A stretch of DNA of 64,000 nucleotides, from NCBI GenBank assembly GCA_030704615.1, contig CM060733.1:3224001-3288000 (forward strand). The letters run 5' to 3'. The position numbers and the translations under genes are program-made. The notes beneath the pieces were generated by a model. The model ran no database searches, was not told the DNA's origin, and was given only the letters and a program-made list of their open reading frames with translations. Position 1 is the first letter of the stretch. Every line of letters starts with the position of its first letter. Positions 1 through 11,900 of this stretch are shown here, in pieces. The DNA is from Takakia lepidozioides (Eukaryota; Plantae; Bryophyta).

Positions 1-703
1 TCCCCCTCAAGTCATAGTTACTCGCTTTGATGCGCGCGCCTGACTCCCAACCTGGCCGTCGGGCCAACTTGGAGCTTCGGCTGCTCACCGGGGCATAACG
101 GTCCCCCTTTGTTCTCCCAAAGAACCCTCCACCGATTTGGAACCAGCGGGAATTCCCTTTGGTAGTTGGCAGTCCGGAACAACTCCCCACTCTTTGGTCG
201 CTTTCCGGCTCGCTCGCTTACTCACTAGTTTTTGGTCACCAACGGGCTTGCACCGTTCTCGGGGTTACTACTCCCTATATATACTTCTGTAGCTATCCGC
301 GGGGGTTTCACAACTAGCCATGCCATTTTATGGCGAACCACCACAAAAACCCTCGACTCCCGGTGATGAGTCGCGGTGAGTCTTGGCCCACTCACAACGG
401 CCCCTATGGCCGTGATGAGTCCCAAGACTCCCCACGACTCCCACCACGAGGTCTCCGCCCCCATGGTGAGTCCTATGCCACCCCCACTAAGTCTCGCTAA
501 GCTACCACCACCCCTTGTGGAGCCACCCCCACCGCAACCCGGTGTGCGGGGCTCCACCTAGTGAGCGCCTCCGCCTCCTTGAGTGCCTTGGGCACTCAAG
601 GGTGCTTCAGCCCCCCCCATACCTATCGCTGCCGCTGCCCCCACCACAGGGGAAGCCCCTCATGTGTCCCGACCCCCTGCCCTCAAGGCAAAGGGCCGCG
701 ACA
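1..703 (-). repeat. 3' LTR of the chromovirus (partial)
   Basis: Matches 4712-5415 with about 17 differences counted by eye; ends CGCGACA at 703. Confidence 0.95.
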
Positions 704-1610
704 CACACCCCTACCAACAGGGAGTCGATGTCCTCATCGACTTGTCCATTTTGTAGAAACGAACATCCAAGTTGTGGCGTCCCACATCAAGGAGTTTGTT
801 TCCGTACCATGGCATCCCATGGCAAAGAACCAAACCCCACACTTGACTCTACTCTCCACTAGCTAGTTCGGCCGACTTCCTCCAAGTCCCGGCTAGGGGT
901 GGAGCCTCTCAAGCTCCTCCCAGTGCACTCTTCTTGGCCTTCTTCAAGGTCAAGGAACGATCCTCCCCGAGGATCGAATCGTCTTACTGCAACAACATTG
1001 CTTGCGATCGCTCCTGATGCCGCTTTTGGCATCACTTTGCACAAGGGTTCACCTCGAACCCCCTTTGACTAGGAAGATAACCTTGAACCAACCGTGCGCC
1101 CCAATCACTACAATTGGGTCCGTCTTGGAATGCTGGCCTGAGGTACGGGAACACGTCGAAGCCGCACTACGACTTCGTCCCGAGGCTACACGATTATAGT
1201 ACGTGAACGGAAGCATGTAGCTTCCGCGTTAGCCCGCACTACAAGGCAACCACCTCGGTAGCGCAGTTATAGTACGCGCACGCGCCAGGTGCGCACTAGC
1301 ACGTGAACTCCCAAAGAAGGCGCATGTTTCCTTGCCCCTTGGATGGGAGTCACCCGATTTCGGCACTGCGCAAACACACGATTAACCCAATTTATCTCTC
1401 CCACTTTTGTAAGCTAGCATGCATTTTCACACACTAGCCAACCACACCATGCATCACCATTCCAAACAAAATATGACACACAACATTTGGAACCCATTTC
1501 CTTTATAACAAATTTTTGTACAATACAAGTTTTTGCAATTGGATTCATGAGCTAGCTAACCCGGGCTAAGCATGCATTTCCTCCCCCACGCTCCAAGGTT
1601 GATGTCCCCA

Positions 1611-4083
1611 TCAACGCTTCTTCCCATTTTGAGGTCGCCCTTCGAAAACTGCAACCGCCTCGGATGCGTTTCCCATTTCTGAGGCACGCACCCAAGATGC
1701 CTCCACATGATGATAGCCCTTCCATTTGACGAGATACTCCGTTTCTCGGTTCTTGAACCTCCTCGACTTAAGTACTGCCTCCACCTCGTACTCAGGTTCA
1801 TTTTCATGATCCAACAGCACAGGTGACGGACGCAACGCTTGATGCCGATTCGGACGCGCTTCATCTTTGAAGTAAGGCTTCAAAAGGGAGACGTGAAATA
1901 CTGGATGCACCTTGCTGTTTGCCGGCAGCTCCAATTCATACACATCCTCATTCATAACCTTCCGGATGCGAAAGGGTCCCGCATACGGAGGTACGAACTT
2001 TGGACTCACTTCCGGAGGTAGTATTCTTGATGTTCAACCAGACCTCCATGCCTGCCTCAAACTTCACTTCCCTCCGCTTCCGATTTGCCTGCCTTTCATA
2101 CCGTTTCCTAGCTTTGGCAATGTTGTACTTTGCGAGCTTCAACAAACGCTCCTGTTCTTCTAGTACTGCCGCTACTGCCGGTTCCTCAACGTCCTGGGCG
2201 GCCCAACTTGTCGGCACCAGAGGTGCTTTTCCATAGACCAATACGAAAGGGGAAACTCCCGTTGCGGAGTGTTCTGTGTTATTATAACAGAACTCTACCG
2301 CGTCTAAGTGTTCCACCCAGTCTGATTGGTCTGCCGACACGTAATTCCACAAGATCTGCTTCACTACGGAATTCACTCTTTCCGTTTGGCCGTCGGTCGT
2401 AGGTCGGAAGGCGGTGCTCATCTTCAGCCTCGTCCCCATCTTCTTCCAAAGTGTCCTCCAAAATTTACTCGTAAACTCGCGGTCCGAGACAATATCCTTC
2501 GGGACTCCATGATGCTTTAAGACGTTGGCGAAGTAAAGTCGCCCTGTCTCCTGCGCCGTTGCCGTCTCCTTGGTGGGGATGAAATGGCCCATTTTACTGA
2601 ACCTATCCACCACCACCATGATTGCATCGAATCTTTTTGACAGCGACATAGCAGTCATGAAATCCATCGAGACGCTTTCCCAAGTCCCCTCTGGAATCGG
2701 CAAGGGCTGTAACAACCCCGCTTGCTTTTTGTACTCGCTCCAGTTTTGTTGGCATGTCGTGCATGTCTTGACATACTCCTCTGCCTCCTCCCTGAGTTTG
2801 GGCCAGAAATACTCTTTCTTCAAGAGTGTCGCGGTGCGCTTGGCTCTGCCGTGGCCCGCAAGCGGGCCATCATGGCATTCTCTCAAGAGACTATCTCTGA
2901 TCCCTCCCTTCGGCACGTAGAGGCGCTTTTGCTTATACCGGAGCAGTCCATTTTGCAAATGGAACTGCGATTTAACCCCCATCCTCAAGTCTTGCATCAC
3001 GGACTTCGCCAGCTCATCCTTCCGGCAAGCCTTCCAGATCTTTCTTTGGAGCGCCGTCTCGCCCTTGTACACCAACAAGAGCTGCTGCTTTCAACTTAAA
3101 GCATTGGCTACCACGTTGTCTCGTCCTGGTTTGTACTGGATATCCACGTCGAACACTGCCAAAGTATCTTGCCACCTAAGTTGTTTTGGGGACAACTTGG
3201 GCTGCGTGGCAAAATACTTCACCGTGACATTGTCCGTGAACACCTTCACTGGGTTAGAACCAACATAGTGGCACCAAAGCTCAAGACAGTGCACCACCGC
3301 CTTCATCTCTTTCTCGTGCGTCGGCCACCGTCGCTCCACTTCATTCAGTTTCTTACTTTCGTAAGCCACTGGACGTCCATCTTGCATCAGTACACCCCCA
3401 ATCGCGAAGTCCGTCGCATCTGTATGTATCTCGAACGGACGATCGAACTCCGGGATTTTCAAGACTGGAGCTTCCGCCATCCGCTGCTTCAATTCAGCAA
3501 AAGCTTGGCCACAAAATGTGTTCCATACCCAGACTTTGGATTTACACAGAAGGTCCGACAGCGGCCCCGCGATCTTGGCGAAATTTCTCACATACTTCCG
3601 GTAATAGGAGGCGAGTCCTAGGAAGGATCGCACTCCCGGGACCGAAGTCGGAGGCTCCCAGTCCAAGATCGCCCTCACCTTTCTGTCATCCATTTTGATC
3701 CCATCCTGTGTAATCACATGCCCCAAGAACTCCACTTTCGTGACCTCGAATTCGCACTTTGAAGCTTTGGCGTACAGCTTCCCTTCCCGCAACTTTTGGA
3801 ACACCCTTTTGAGGTGCTCTAGGTGCTCCTCCTTTGTTTTCGAGTACACCAAGATGTCGTCGATGTACACGATCACAAAGTCATCCAACCACTCCTGAAA
3901 AAGGTTGTTCATCAGCGTGCTAAAGGTTGCAGGTGCATTGGTGAGCCCAAAAGGCATCACCAAGAACTCATATGAACCATACCTTGTCCTGCACGGGGTC
4001 TTCTCCTCATCTCCTTCCGCCACCCGAATTTGATGATAGCCGGAGCGTAAGTCGATCCAGCTGAAATACTTCGCTCCTGCCAA
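1611..4083 (-). pseudogene. pol remnant: partial RT, RNase H, integrase and chromodomain
   Basis: RT motifs [12 protein letters not shown] and [10 protein letters not shown]. RNase [14 protein letters not shown]. In-frame TGA at 3091-3093. Integrase HHCC (ECHDGPLAGH...CTTC) and core VSMDF/VVVDRFSK/TDGQTERVN. Frameshift near 2010, then chromodomain EYEVEAVLKSR...YLVKWKGY...SW. Confidence 0.95.
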
Positions 4084-4087
4084 CCGG

Positions 4088-4631
4088 TCATGACTCTTGA
4101 TGCCTCAAGTGCAAATCAAGCGTCCGCTTATGTGCGACCTGTTCGGGGCGTTTTTGCCACCATTGTTGAGCATAGCCCCTCAAATAGGTGGGAGCCACTT
4201 CCACCCGATCCTCGTCACTCAACTTGGCCGCCCGGAAGTACTGCTCTAGCTCCAGGAGCCAGGTGTTGAGTGCCTTCCGATTTTGGATGCCCTCGAAGGT
4301 GCCGGGTTCCTTAGGCTTCACCTTAAACTTTGCCTTAGTGGAAGTGACATTAGTCGCCTTCAACACGTCTTTCAACGTCCCGCCAAACTGTGCCAACAAC
4401 CCTTCCCAAAAGGCTGCCGGCATAGGAGGCATCTGTTGGTTTGTCGGAGCTCTCAAGGATTCCTCGGGCTCCGACTCCTTGGATTCCTCCCGCTCTTGAG
4501 CGGCCTCGTTTTCGGAAAACATGCATCGCTTCCTCAAACGGCCGCCTCGGTGACACGTCTTCCCCATCGGGCTCACCAGGATCATCATCTTTTGGGCCGT
4601 TCCGCTTTCGCTTCGGCTTGCCCGACCCCAT
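4088..4631 (-). pseudogene. Truncated, frameshifted gag
   Basis: KPKEPGTFEG...LNTWLLELEQYF...YLRGYAQQWW is a typical Gypsy gag N-terminal capsid segment just downstream of the PBS. It stops at 4088 next to mid-RT sequence. Confidence 0.8.
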
Positions 4632-4672
4632 GATGAGGCCAATCCCAAGGACGATCGCGTACTGAACTCTAA

Positions 4673-4684
4673 GCTCTGATACCA
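4673..4684 (-). promoter_or_regulatory. Primer-binding site complementary to the initiator tRNA-Met 3' end
   Basis: TGGTATCAGAGC, 2 nt downstream of the 5' LTR end. Confidence 0.92.
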
Positions 4685-4686
4685 AG

Positions 4687-5415
4687 TGTCGCGCACCTCA
4701 CTTCGGTAAGCTCCCCCTCAAGTCATAGTTACTCGCTTTGATACGCACGCTTGACTCCCAACCTGGCCGCCGAGCCAACTTGGAGCTTCGGCTGCTCACC
4801 GGGGCATAACGGTCCCCCTTTGTTCTCCCAAAGAACCCTCCACCGATTTGGAACCAGCGGGAATTCCCTTTGGTAGTTGGCAGTCCGGAACAACTCCCCA
4901 CTCTTGGGTCGCTTTCCGGCTTGCTCGCTTACTCACTAGTTTTTGGTCACCAACGGGCTTGCACCATTCTCGGGGTTACTACTCCCTATATATACTTCTG
5001 TAGCTGTCCGCGGGGGTTTCATAACCAGCCATGCCATTTTATGGCGAACCACCACGAAAACCCTCGACTCCCGGTGATGAGTCGCGGTGAGTCTTGGCCC
5101 ACTCACCACGGCCCCTATGGACCGTGATGAGTCCCAAGACTCCCCACGACTCCCACCACGAGGTCTCCGCCCCCATGGTGAGTCCTATGCCACCCCCACT
5201 AAGTCCCGCTAAGCTACCACCACCCCTTGTGGAGCCACCCCCACCGCAACCCGGTGTGCGGGGCTCCACCTAGTGAGCGCCTCCGCCTCCTTGAGTGCCT
5301 TGGGCACTCAAGGGTGCTTCAGCCCCCCCCATACCTATCGCTGCCGCTGCCCCAACCACAGGGGCAGCCCCTCATGTGTCCCGACCCCCTGCCCTCAAGG
5401 CAAAGGGCCGCGACA
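4687..5415 (-). repeat. 5' LTR of the chromovirus (729 bp)
   Basis: TG...CA ends with 7-bp inverted termini; adjacent PBS. Confidence 0.95.
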
Positions 5416-7864
5416 TCACCCTTGTCACGGATCACCAGCCACTGAAGTGGTTGATGGAGTCAGACAACTTATGGGGAAGCTTGCACGGTGTGCACTCATA
5501 CTCTTGGAGTATGACTTTCAGGTTGTGCATCAACCGGGTTTGGTCAATCAACATGCGGATGGATTGAATCGCAATCTATGCACGAGCCAGCAGGATGACA
5601 CTGGAACTCGATGGCATGGTGAGACGGACGAGGAGATGGTGCCGGGATGACATGCATCTGTCTTTTTGTGTATCTTGGCATCGGGAGGTCAGGTTGGACC
5701 TATAACAGGGATGACTGTGTTGGACTACCTTCGCATGGGAGACACGACAGCCATTGTGACTGTCAAGGAGAGGGATCGGATCCTATAACGAGCCAAGAGG
5801 TTCAAGTGGGAGGAGATACACCTGCTTCGAGTGTGGGAGAATGGTCGGGTGAGGATCGTGCCTCACCCAACACAACGTGCACGGTTAGTGCGGCATGCCC
5901 ATGAGGAGTTGGGGCATTTTGGAGTGCGATGCACTCACAGTTTACTTCAGGGGCAGTATTGGTGGCGTGGTATGCATACAAAGGTGCAACAGTTCGTGGC
6001 TAGGTGCATGGTGTGTTACAAGGTGCGTGCTTCATTCAACGCCCATACACCACAGTTGCATCCTTTACCAATCATGGGGTTGGGCTATAGGTGGAGTCTT
6101 GACTTCGCAGGACCGTTGCCACTGACTATGTGCCATCACAGATATGTGTTGGTGATGGTGTAGCACTTCTCCAAGTGGATTGAGTTGGTTTCATTGCCTG
6201 ACAAGACTAGTGAGAGGGCTGCGTATGCATTCTTGGATCGTGTGCTTAGCCAATTCGGTGCTCCAGCTGATGTACTCATGGACCAAGGGAGAGAGTTCTT
6301 GGGGGAGATTCAGGCTTTGTGTGATAAAGCCTTGATAGATCACCGCACCACTTCTCGGGATCATCCTGAGGCCGATGGCTTGGCAGAGAGAGTTGTTCAG
6401 ACGGTGAAGAGGGGTTTGCGCAAGTATGCATTGCAGAAGTGACACCTAGGAGATTGGGATCTTCAGGTACCTTGGTTAGCCATGGGCTATCGGTTCAGCA
6501 AGCAAGCATCACTTGCCTCCTTCTCACCGTATTTTCTTCTCTTTGGCCGAGAGCCGGATTTGCCTGCAGCCATTCGTAGGGACACTGCTCAAGTCCTTAA
6601 CCTTGACGATCCGAACGTGTGGATACGTGCATGTAATCAGCGTGCAGAGTTGTTTAATAAAGTCATGCCCATGGCTTTTGAGAACCTTGCCATTGCACAG
6701 CACCGTGATACGTTGAGGTATGCCACTATACGTGGTGGAGGATATCGTCCTGGGGTTCGGAGGTTTAGCCCTGGTGACTATGTTTATTTGCAGCAGACTG
6801 CTCCTACGACCCTGGATGTTATTGCAGGGCGTGTTATTCTGAGGGTTCGAGAGGTGTTGCCCTCCTGATCTTGGAGGGTCGGGATGACATGACTTGGAAG
6901 GACCATGTGCGTAATTGTGCGCCGTGTCACCTTCCCAATGTCGATGGCAGAGTTGACCCAAACTTGGCAGTGGTACCTGCAGGTTTGAGGTTCATGCTCT
7001 GTGGGTCTGCCAAAAGGGCAGCCACCATGCTGGTGTGTGATCGATGCTCAAGAGGTTGGCATATGAGATGCTTGACACCACCTCTTGAGAGGGTTCCTAA
7101 TGGAGATTGGTTATATCCACACTGCTTGGGATAGTGGCAGTGGACATGACTAGAGGCAGCTAACAAGACATGGGAGGCCAAGCTCATAGGAGTCAATACA
7201 CGAGATCCCAGGCTCAAGTTCACAGGTTGCAAGATGGCGACTAACGATGAGACAACTCTTATACCCGGCCTCTTGATCTATCGAGTTTGAGTGTAGTAGG
7301 GACAGTGGTGGAGGACTTAGTGAGGCTATGGTCACTATCACATCTTGTGGCTACCTGGACTTAGAGGGACCTAAGCACCAGCTAGGGGGGCGATTGTGTG
7401 GACTAGTGACTGCCATAGTGGGCAGCATAGTGGCAGCCTAGTGACTGACTAGTTGTAGCCTAGTGGTTGGACTAGTGGTGGACTAGTGGTATACTAGTGT
7501 GTGGTGTGCACACGTGTTGTGTGGTTTTGGACATCGATGTAGTTGTGTAGCGATGTGTATGCGCACGACAGACCGAATTCCACCACCCTCACTGCCACGG
7601 CAGTGAGGCTTAAATAGTATTAGGTCATAATCTAATCCTAGTGCCACATGACACTTACATATAGGTCCACCAGATGCCCTTCCAGCATAGCCATAGAAAG
7701 AAGCCAGATCACCCAGTCCCATCCTAATCTAATCCTAAACTAGTTGTTAGAATAAGACAGCCCCTAATAAAGCCATCAGCTGTTGCCAGCTCATCCTCAT
7801 GCACAAGGTGTAAGTTCATCCAGACTTCATCCTGGCTCCATCCATCCCTTAAATCATTCATACA
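5416..7864 (+). mobile_element. 3' half of an older Ty3/Gypsy element: RNase H end, integrase with C-terminal PHD finger, PPT and 3' LTR
   Basis: TLVTDHQPLKWL...LARCALILLEYDFQVVH (RNase H). HEELGHFG...CMVC (zinc finger). WSLDFAGPLP and HPEADGLAERVVQTVK (core). LCGS...LVCDRCSRGWHMRCLTPPL..VP.GDW (PHD). Several stops and frameshifts. PPT AGGGGGG near 7384-7390. Confidence 0.92.
7395..7864 (+). repeat. Putative 3' LTR of the PHD-Gypsy (about 470 bp)
   Basis: Starts TGTGTGGA just after the PPT and ends TTCATACA (imperfect inverted termini). Composition turns AT-rich after 7864. Confidence 0.65.
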
Positions 7865-8905
7865 ATGTGGGATAAAGGATATTTTTTAAATTTAGGCAAC
7901 ATTCTAGGTGCCTGCGGTGCAGTCTACACTGTGGTAGTAGGCGGTGGCATTTTGGGATGGAAATACAAATAGAACAGATAAAGAGAAAAAATAATAACAA
8001 AAAGTATGTTTCTGCCAAGAAGTTCAATATTTGGGGCCTAGACACTTACAGGGCATATCGCTAATAAACTGATTTTAGGCTTCGAAATTTGAAGGCCTTA
8101 TATATGTTTTTTAGGTATTTCTTATTCCTCTACGGAACCAGGCCAGCGAGACAGACAGGGGATTTGAACCCAAGACCTATATGTCGATGCACGTGTGACG
8201 TGATTCATATTATCTCGGAAATACAAATGCAGAAATAAACATAATTCAGATCGTAGTGGTTTTGGGCTCGAATCCTGCTACGTTGTCATACGTGGTGTAG
8301 TTGTGGGCAGTCTGGGGATGGTGCCTTCATGGCTTTACGAAAGCGGGGTTAATTTTCTTAAAGGTAAAAGAGATTAATGTGGCTTCATCCTTTCCCTGTT
8401 TTCATCCTCGTTTTCATCCACTGTTCAAATGGCATCCATATTGCTTCCACCCGCCGTTTACTAAAGAATACCGTCATTGGAAACTGAAGCCTTCTCTTAC
8501 CGACAAAAGAAATCCGTTTACTAGTGGGAACCACGATCGATCTACTTTCCTGTTGTCTGCAGTGTCCGTGGGGGTTTGGGGCTTATCGCCGCCAAGGAGA
8601 TGTAAGTAGATGATGCATTCCAGCTTTCTTCTCTGATCGTAGGCTGGTATGTAGTTCGATTGTAAACCCTTGCCATCCAACTAATTCTCAAAAGACTAGT
8701 TGGTGCGGTTGTTTTTTTTTAAAGATTTAGATCCAGGTTGATAGTTGATTCAAATTGCTTATCTTTGTCTGTTTGTTTGTCACTGACCCTGCGACTGAGT
8801 TCTGTTTTGGTTGGGCTGTGCGGGTTCCGAATTGGGCATCGGTTGGTTGCTTTCTCCAGGTTTTGTTGGTAGTGGAGATCTCTTTCTGCCTAAATTCTCA
8901 TTGTC

Positions 8906-11900
8906 ATGGCGGACAAAGGGACCAAGTTCAAGCCAAGGGCTCCAATGCAGCCAAAGAAGAAACGGAAAGATGCAGTGGCCGTCGACAAGCATGAGCTCAG
9001 CCTCGCACAGCAGATGGAGGAGAAGCATGAGGCTATTCCCAAACACCGAGCTTCCAAAGCTCGCAAGCGCCAGCAACCAGAGGAGGTATTGTCAAGGACG
9101 CGGTTTATAACACTACTAGTTTCTTGGATTTACATAGCATGTATGGGCCAGCCTTAATCTCTGGCCAGTGTTTAGGTGGTGAAGATAATGGTATCTGTTG
9201 CTGCACACGGGGCATGTGTGTTACCCACAGAGAGGTTCGGAAGTACTTATTTGGCTGGGCTGAATCAGGCCATTTCTTTCTGTTGCTGCAAGGATGATTT
9301 GGTGTTCAACCATGCTTCAAAGTTTGCATCTTGTCTCACAGCATAAGCAAGCAGGAAAATATAATGGGAGCTCTCTTTTGAGAGCTCTGGTTGTTCAGGG
9401 GTTTAGGGTTTAGTGCAATAGTGGCCTGTAGGATGGAGCACCTTGAGCTTTCAGACTACTTGGAAGTGATTTAAATGAGACTTCTACAGTTTTTGGATTT
9501 ATATTGAGTGGTCCATTCTTAATTGGGTGGTGCAGTATGTGACCCCTGAGATGAGCAGCAAAATTTTGGCAGAGGCCCGACAGCAACAATTGGAAGTCGA
9601 TAATGAGAGGTGGGTATATCCTCTAGTGCAGTTTTTCCCCAGATCAGATTCTTACAAGCACAGGAGAATTGATAAGTATTTCTCAGTAACTTAAATACTA
9701 GGCTGTGGCTTCTGGGCAGGAGACTACTTCAGGCTTCCTCTTGGACACCCTTACCACACTCACTAGGCAGACATGTCTTGTCTCTTTGACCCCAGTTTTG
9801 AGGTAGGTTGGTTATGTTAATCACTCAAGGTCAGTTATTATCAACAAAGTGCTAATTGACAATCATAGCAGCAGCTTTAAGAGGTGGTTTCTGGCATCTT
9901 GAAGTGGTGATGACTACAACGGCAATCGGACTTATGCTGTTTACAAAAACAATTGCCCAGATTACTTGTATCTTGTGTCGTAAGTATAGGTCATGGCTGG
10001 ATGCAGGGATGAAGAGACAGGTGTAGCTGCTACACGCCGTGCATTCTCTGTTGTTGCTAGCGATCAAAGACTGGATACTGACAGTGACAATGAGGATGAG
10101 GATGGCTTCTCTGACACGGAGGAGCACCATGATGTATTTGAAGTGAGTTGTGTGACACAATTGCTAGGCACGAGTCCATAGGGTCTTGCTATCAGTAGGT
10201 CCTAGAGTAATTGGTTCTATACCTCAATAACTGAGGCGGACCCTCTTTCTGACACTGTGCAATTAGTATGGCTGCACTAACCATTGGTTACTGTCATGGA
10301 TGGAGTAGGAGTTGACAGAAGAGGATGAGAGGATAATGTCCTTATTCATGGCATCAGATGCTGCCCCACAGCGCACCCTGACTGACATTATAATGGAGCG
10401 GATCCGTGAGAAAGATGTGGGTGCTGACAGTGTGGTTGAGATGAAAGGTGGGGCTGTACCTTCTTTGACTCACTGTTTGAGGATGGGAGGAAAGAATCAA
10501 TGTATTGGACCAAAGTTCAGAGTATTTCTCTTTCTACTTTCAAATCTCAATTCTTCTTTTCCCTGTCTGGGAGGGCCAAGAAAGAATGATAGAGTTATGG
10601 AACAGTGTCTCTATTTAATTATCTGTGCAAACAGTGATGGCACACTCAAGTGGGATAATGGTTAATTTGCAGATGGAGAGCGGGCCATCCCAGGAGTGGA
10701 TGCCAAGGTCATAGAAGTCTATCAAGGGTACATATTTTAAGACTCTCTATCTCTCTCATGTCCCTGTGGAAGTTGCGAAGTTCTCTTCTTTTTGACCCTG
10801 TCTCCATGTATGAATCATAGACGTCCTTCATTCTTTCTCTCTTGTATATATTCAGCAGTGTCTCCCACGTCTCCAGAATTTCAGTATACTCTCACATGTG
10901 TTTGTATGAGATGTTTAAATGGGCTCTGGGGTGTCCTAAATCCAGGTTTGGAAATGTGCAGAGTGGGAAAGCTGTTAAGCAGATATAGGTCAGGAAAATT
11001 GCCAAAAGCTTTCAAGATCATTCCATCTCTATCCAACTGGGAGGAGGTTTTATATCTGACAGAGCCTGAGAAATGGTCACCCAATGCTATGTATCAGGCC
11101 ACTCGCATATTTGCTTCCAATTTAAATGCTCGCATGGCCCAGAGATTCTACAGTCTGGTGCTATTGCCACGAGTGCGTGAGGATATTATTGAACATAAGC
11201 GCCTCCATTTTGCACTATATCAGGCACTGAAAAAGGCAGTTTACAAGCCCTCAGCATTCTACAAGGGTCTTTTGCTGCCTCTGTGCCAGGTGATGGTCAC
11301 AGATTCCTACTTTCATGCTGACCTTTGTATAACTCTGTCGCGGTTCGCGTGTTTTCCATAACCCAGTCATTCTTGCTACTCTTTCAACTCCCAAGCAGCT
11401 ATCAAGATAGTGACACTGATGGGTTAGCAGGCATTTCTCATCGTATCTCTTATGGATTGTGTTTGCTTGTTCTCAGTCTCGGACATGTAACCTGCGGGAG
11501 GCTGTAATTGTTGGAAGCGTGCTTCAAAAGGTCTCCATCCCCGTGTTGCACTCCAGGTACAGTCAATGGGGCATATTCTTGTCACTTTTGCTTGTAATAT
11601 GCAATGCTCATCACAATTCACTCCTTTTTCTTTGTCCTCATTCGCATGCTTGACTGCTGCTGATACTGCGTCGGCATGTGGTTATCAGTGTTGCGCTTCT
11701 GAAGATTGCTGAGATGGAGTACTGCGGCACAAACAGGTGTGTGGTTGTGGCGTCTTCCAATAGGATGACCTCATATCTGCCCATGTCATGCACTCCCTGC
11801 AATTCATCCCAATACTAACATATTGTTCATCCTCAGATTTTCTTTTGCAGCCTTCTCAATATTACCTACTAGCTTTTTTCTGCAGATTTGGGTTTGTACT

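Larger units (their letters stand above)
1..5415 (-). mobile_element. Ty3/Gypsy chromovirus LTR retrotransposon, internally deleted and non-autonomous (left LTR runs about 25 bp off the window)
   Basis: Two near-identical LTRs (<1-703 and 4687-5415, ends TGTCGCG...CGCGACA). PBS TGGTATCAGAGC on the minus strand at 4673-4684. Purine-rich PPT-like tract at about 704-716. Order on the minus strand is gag fragment, RT, RNase H, integrase, chromodomain. Confidence 0.97.

Noticed and set aside
360-475. Hammerhead ribozyme in the LTR (TGATGAGTC motifs)
   Set aside because: Cores read GTGATGAG rather than CTGANGA and there is no GAAA after a stem II. More likely repeated GAGTC cis-motifs.
225-866. 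Pro/Gly-rich ORFs, repeated at 5039-5445
   Set aside because: They lie within the GC-rich LTRs, overlap in several frames and show no domain signature.
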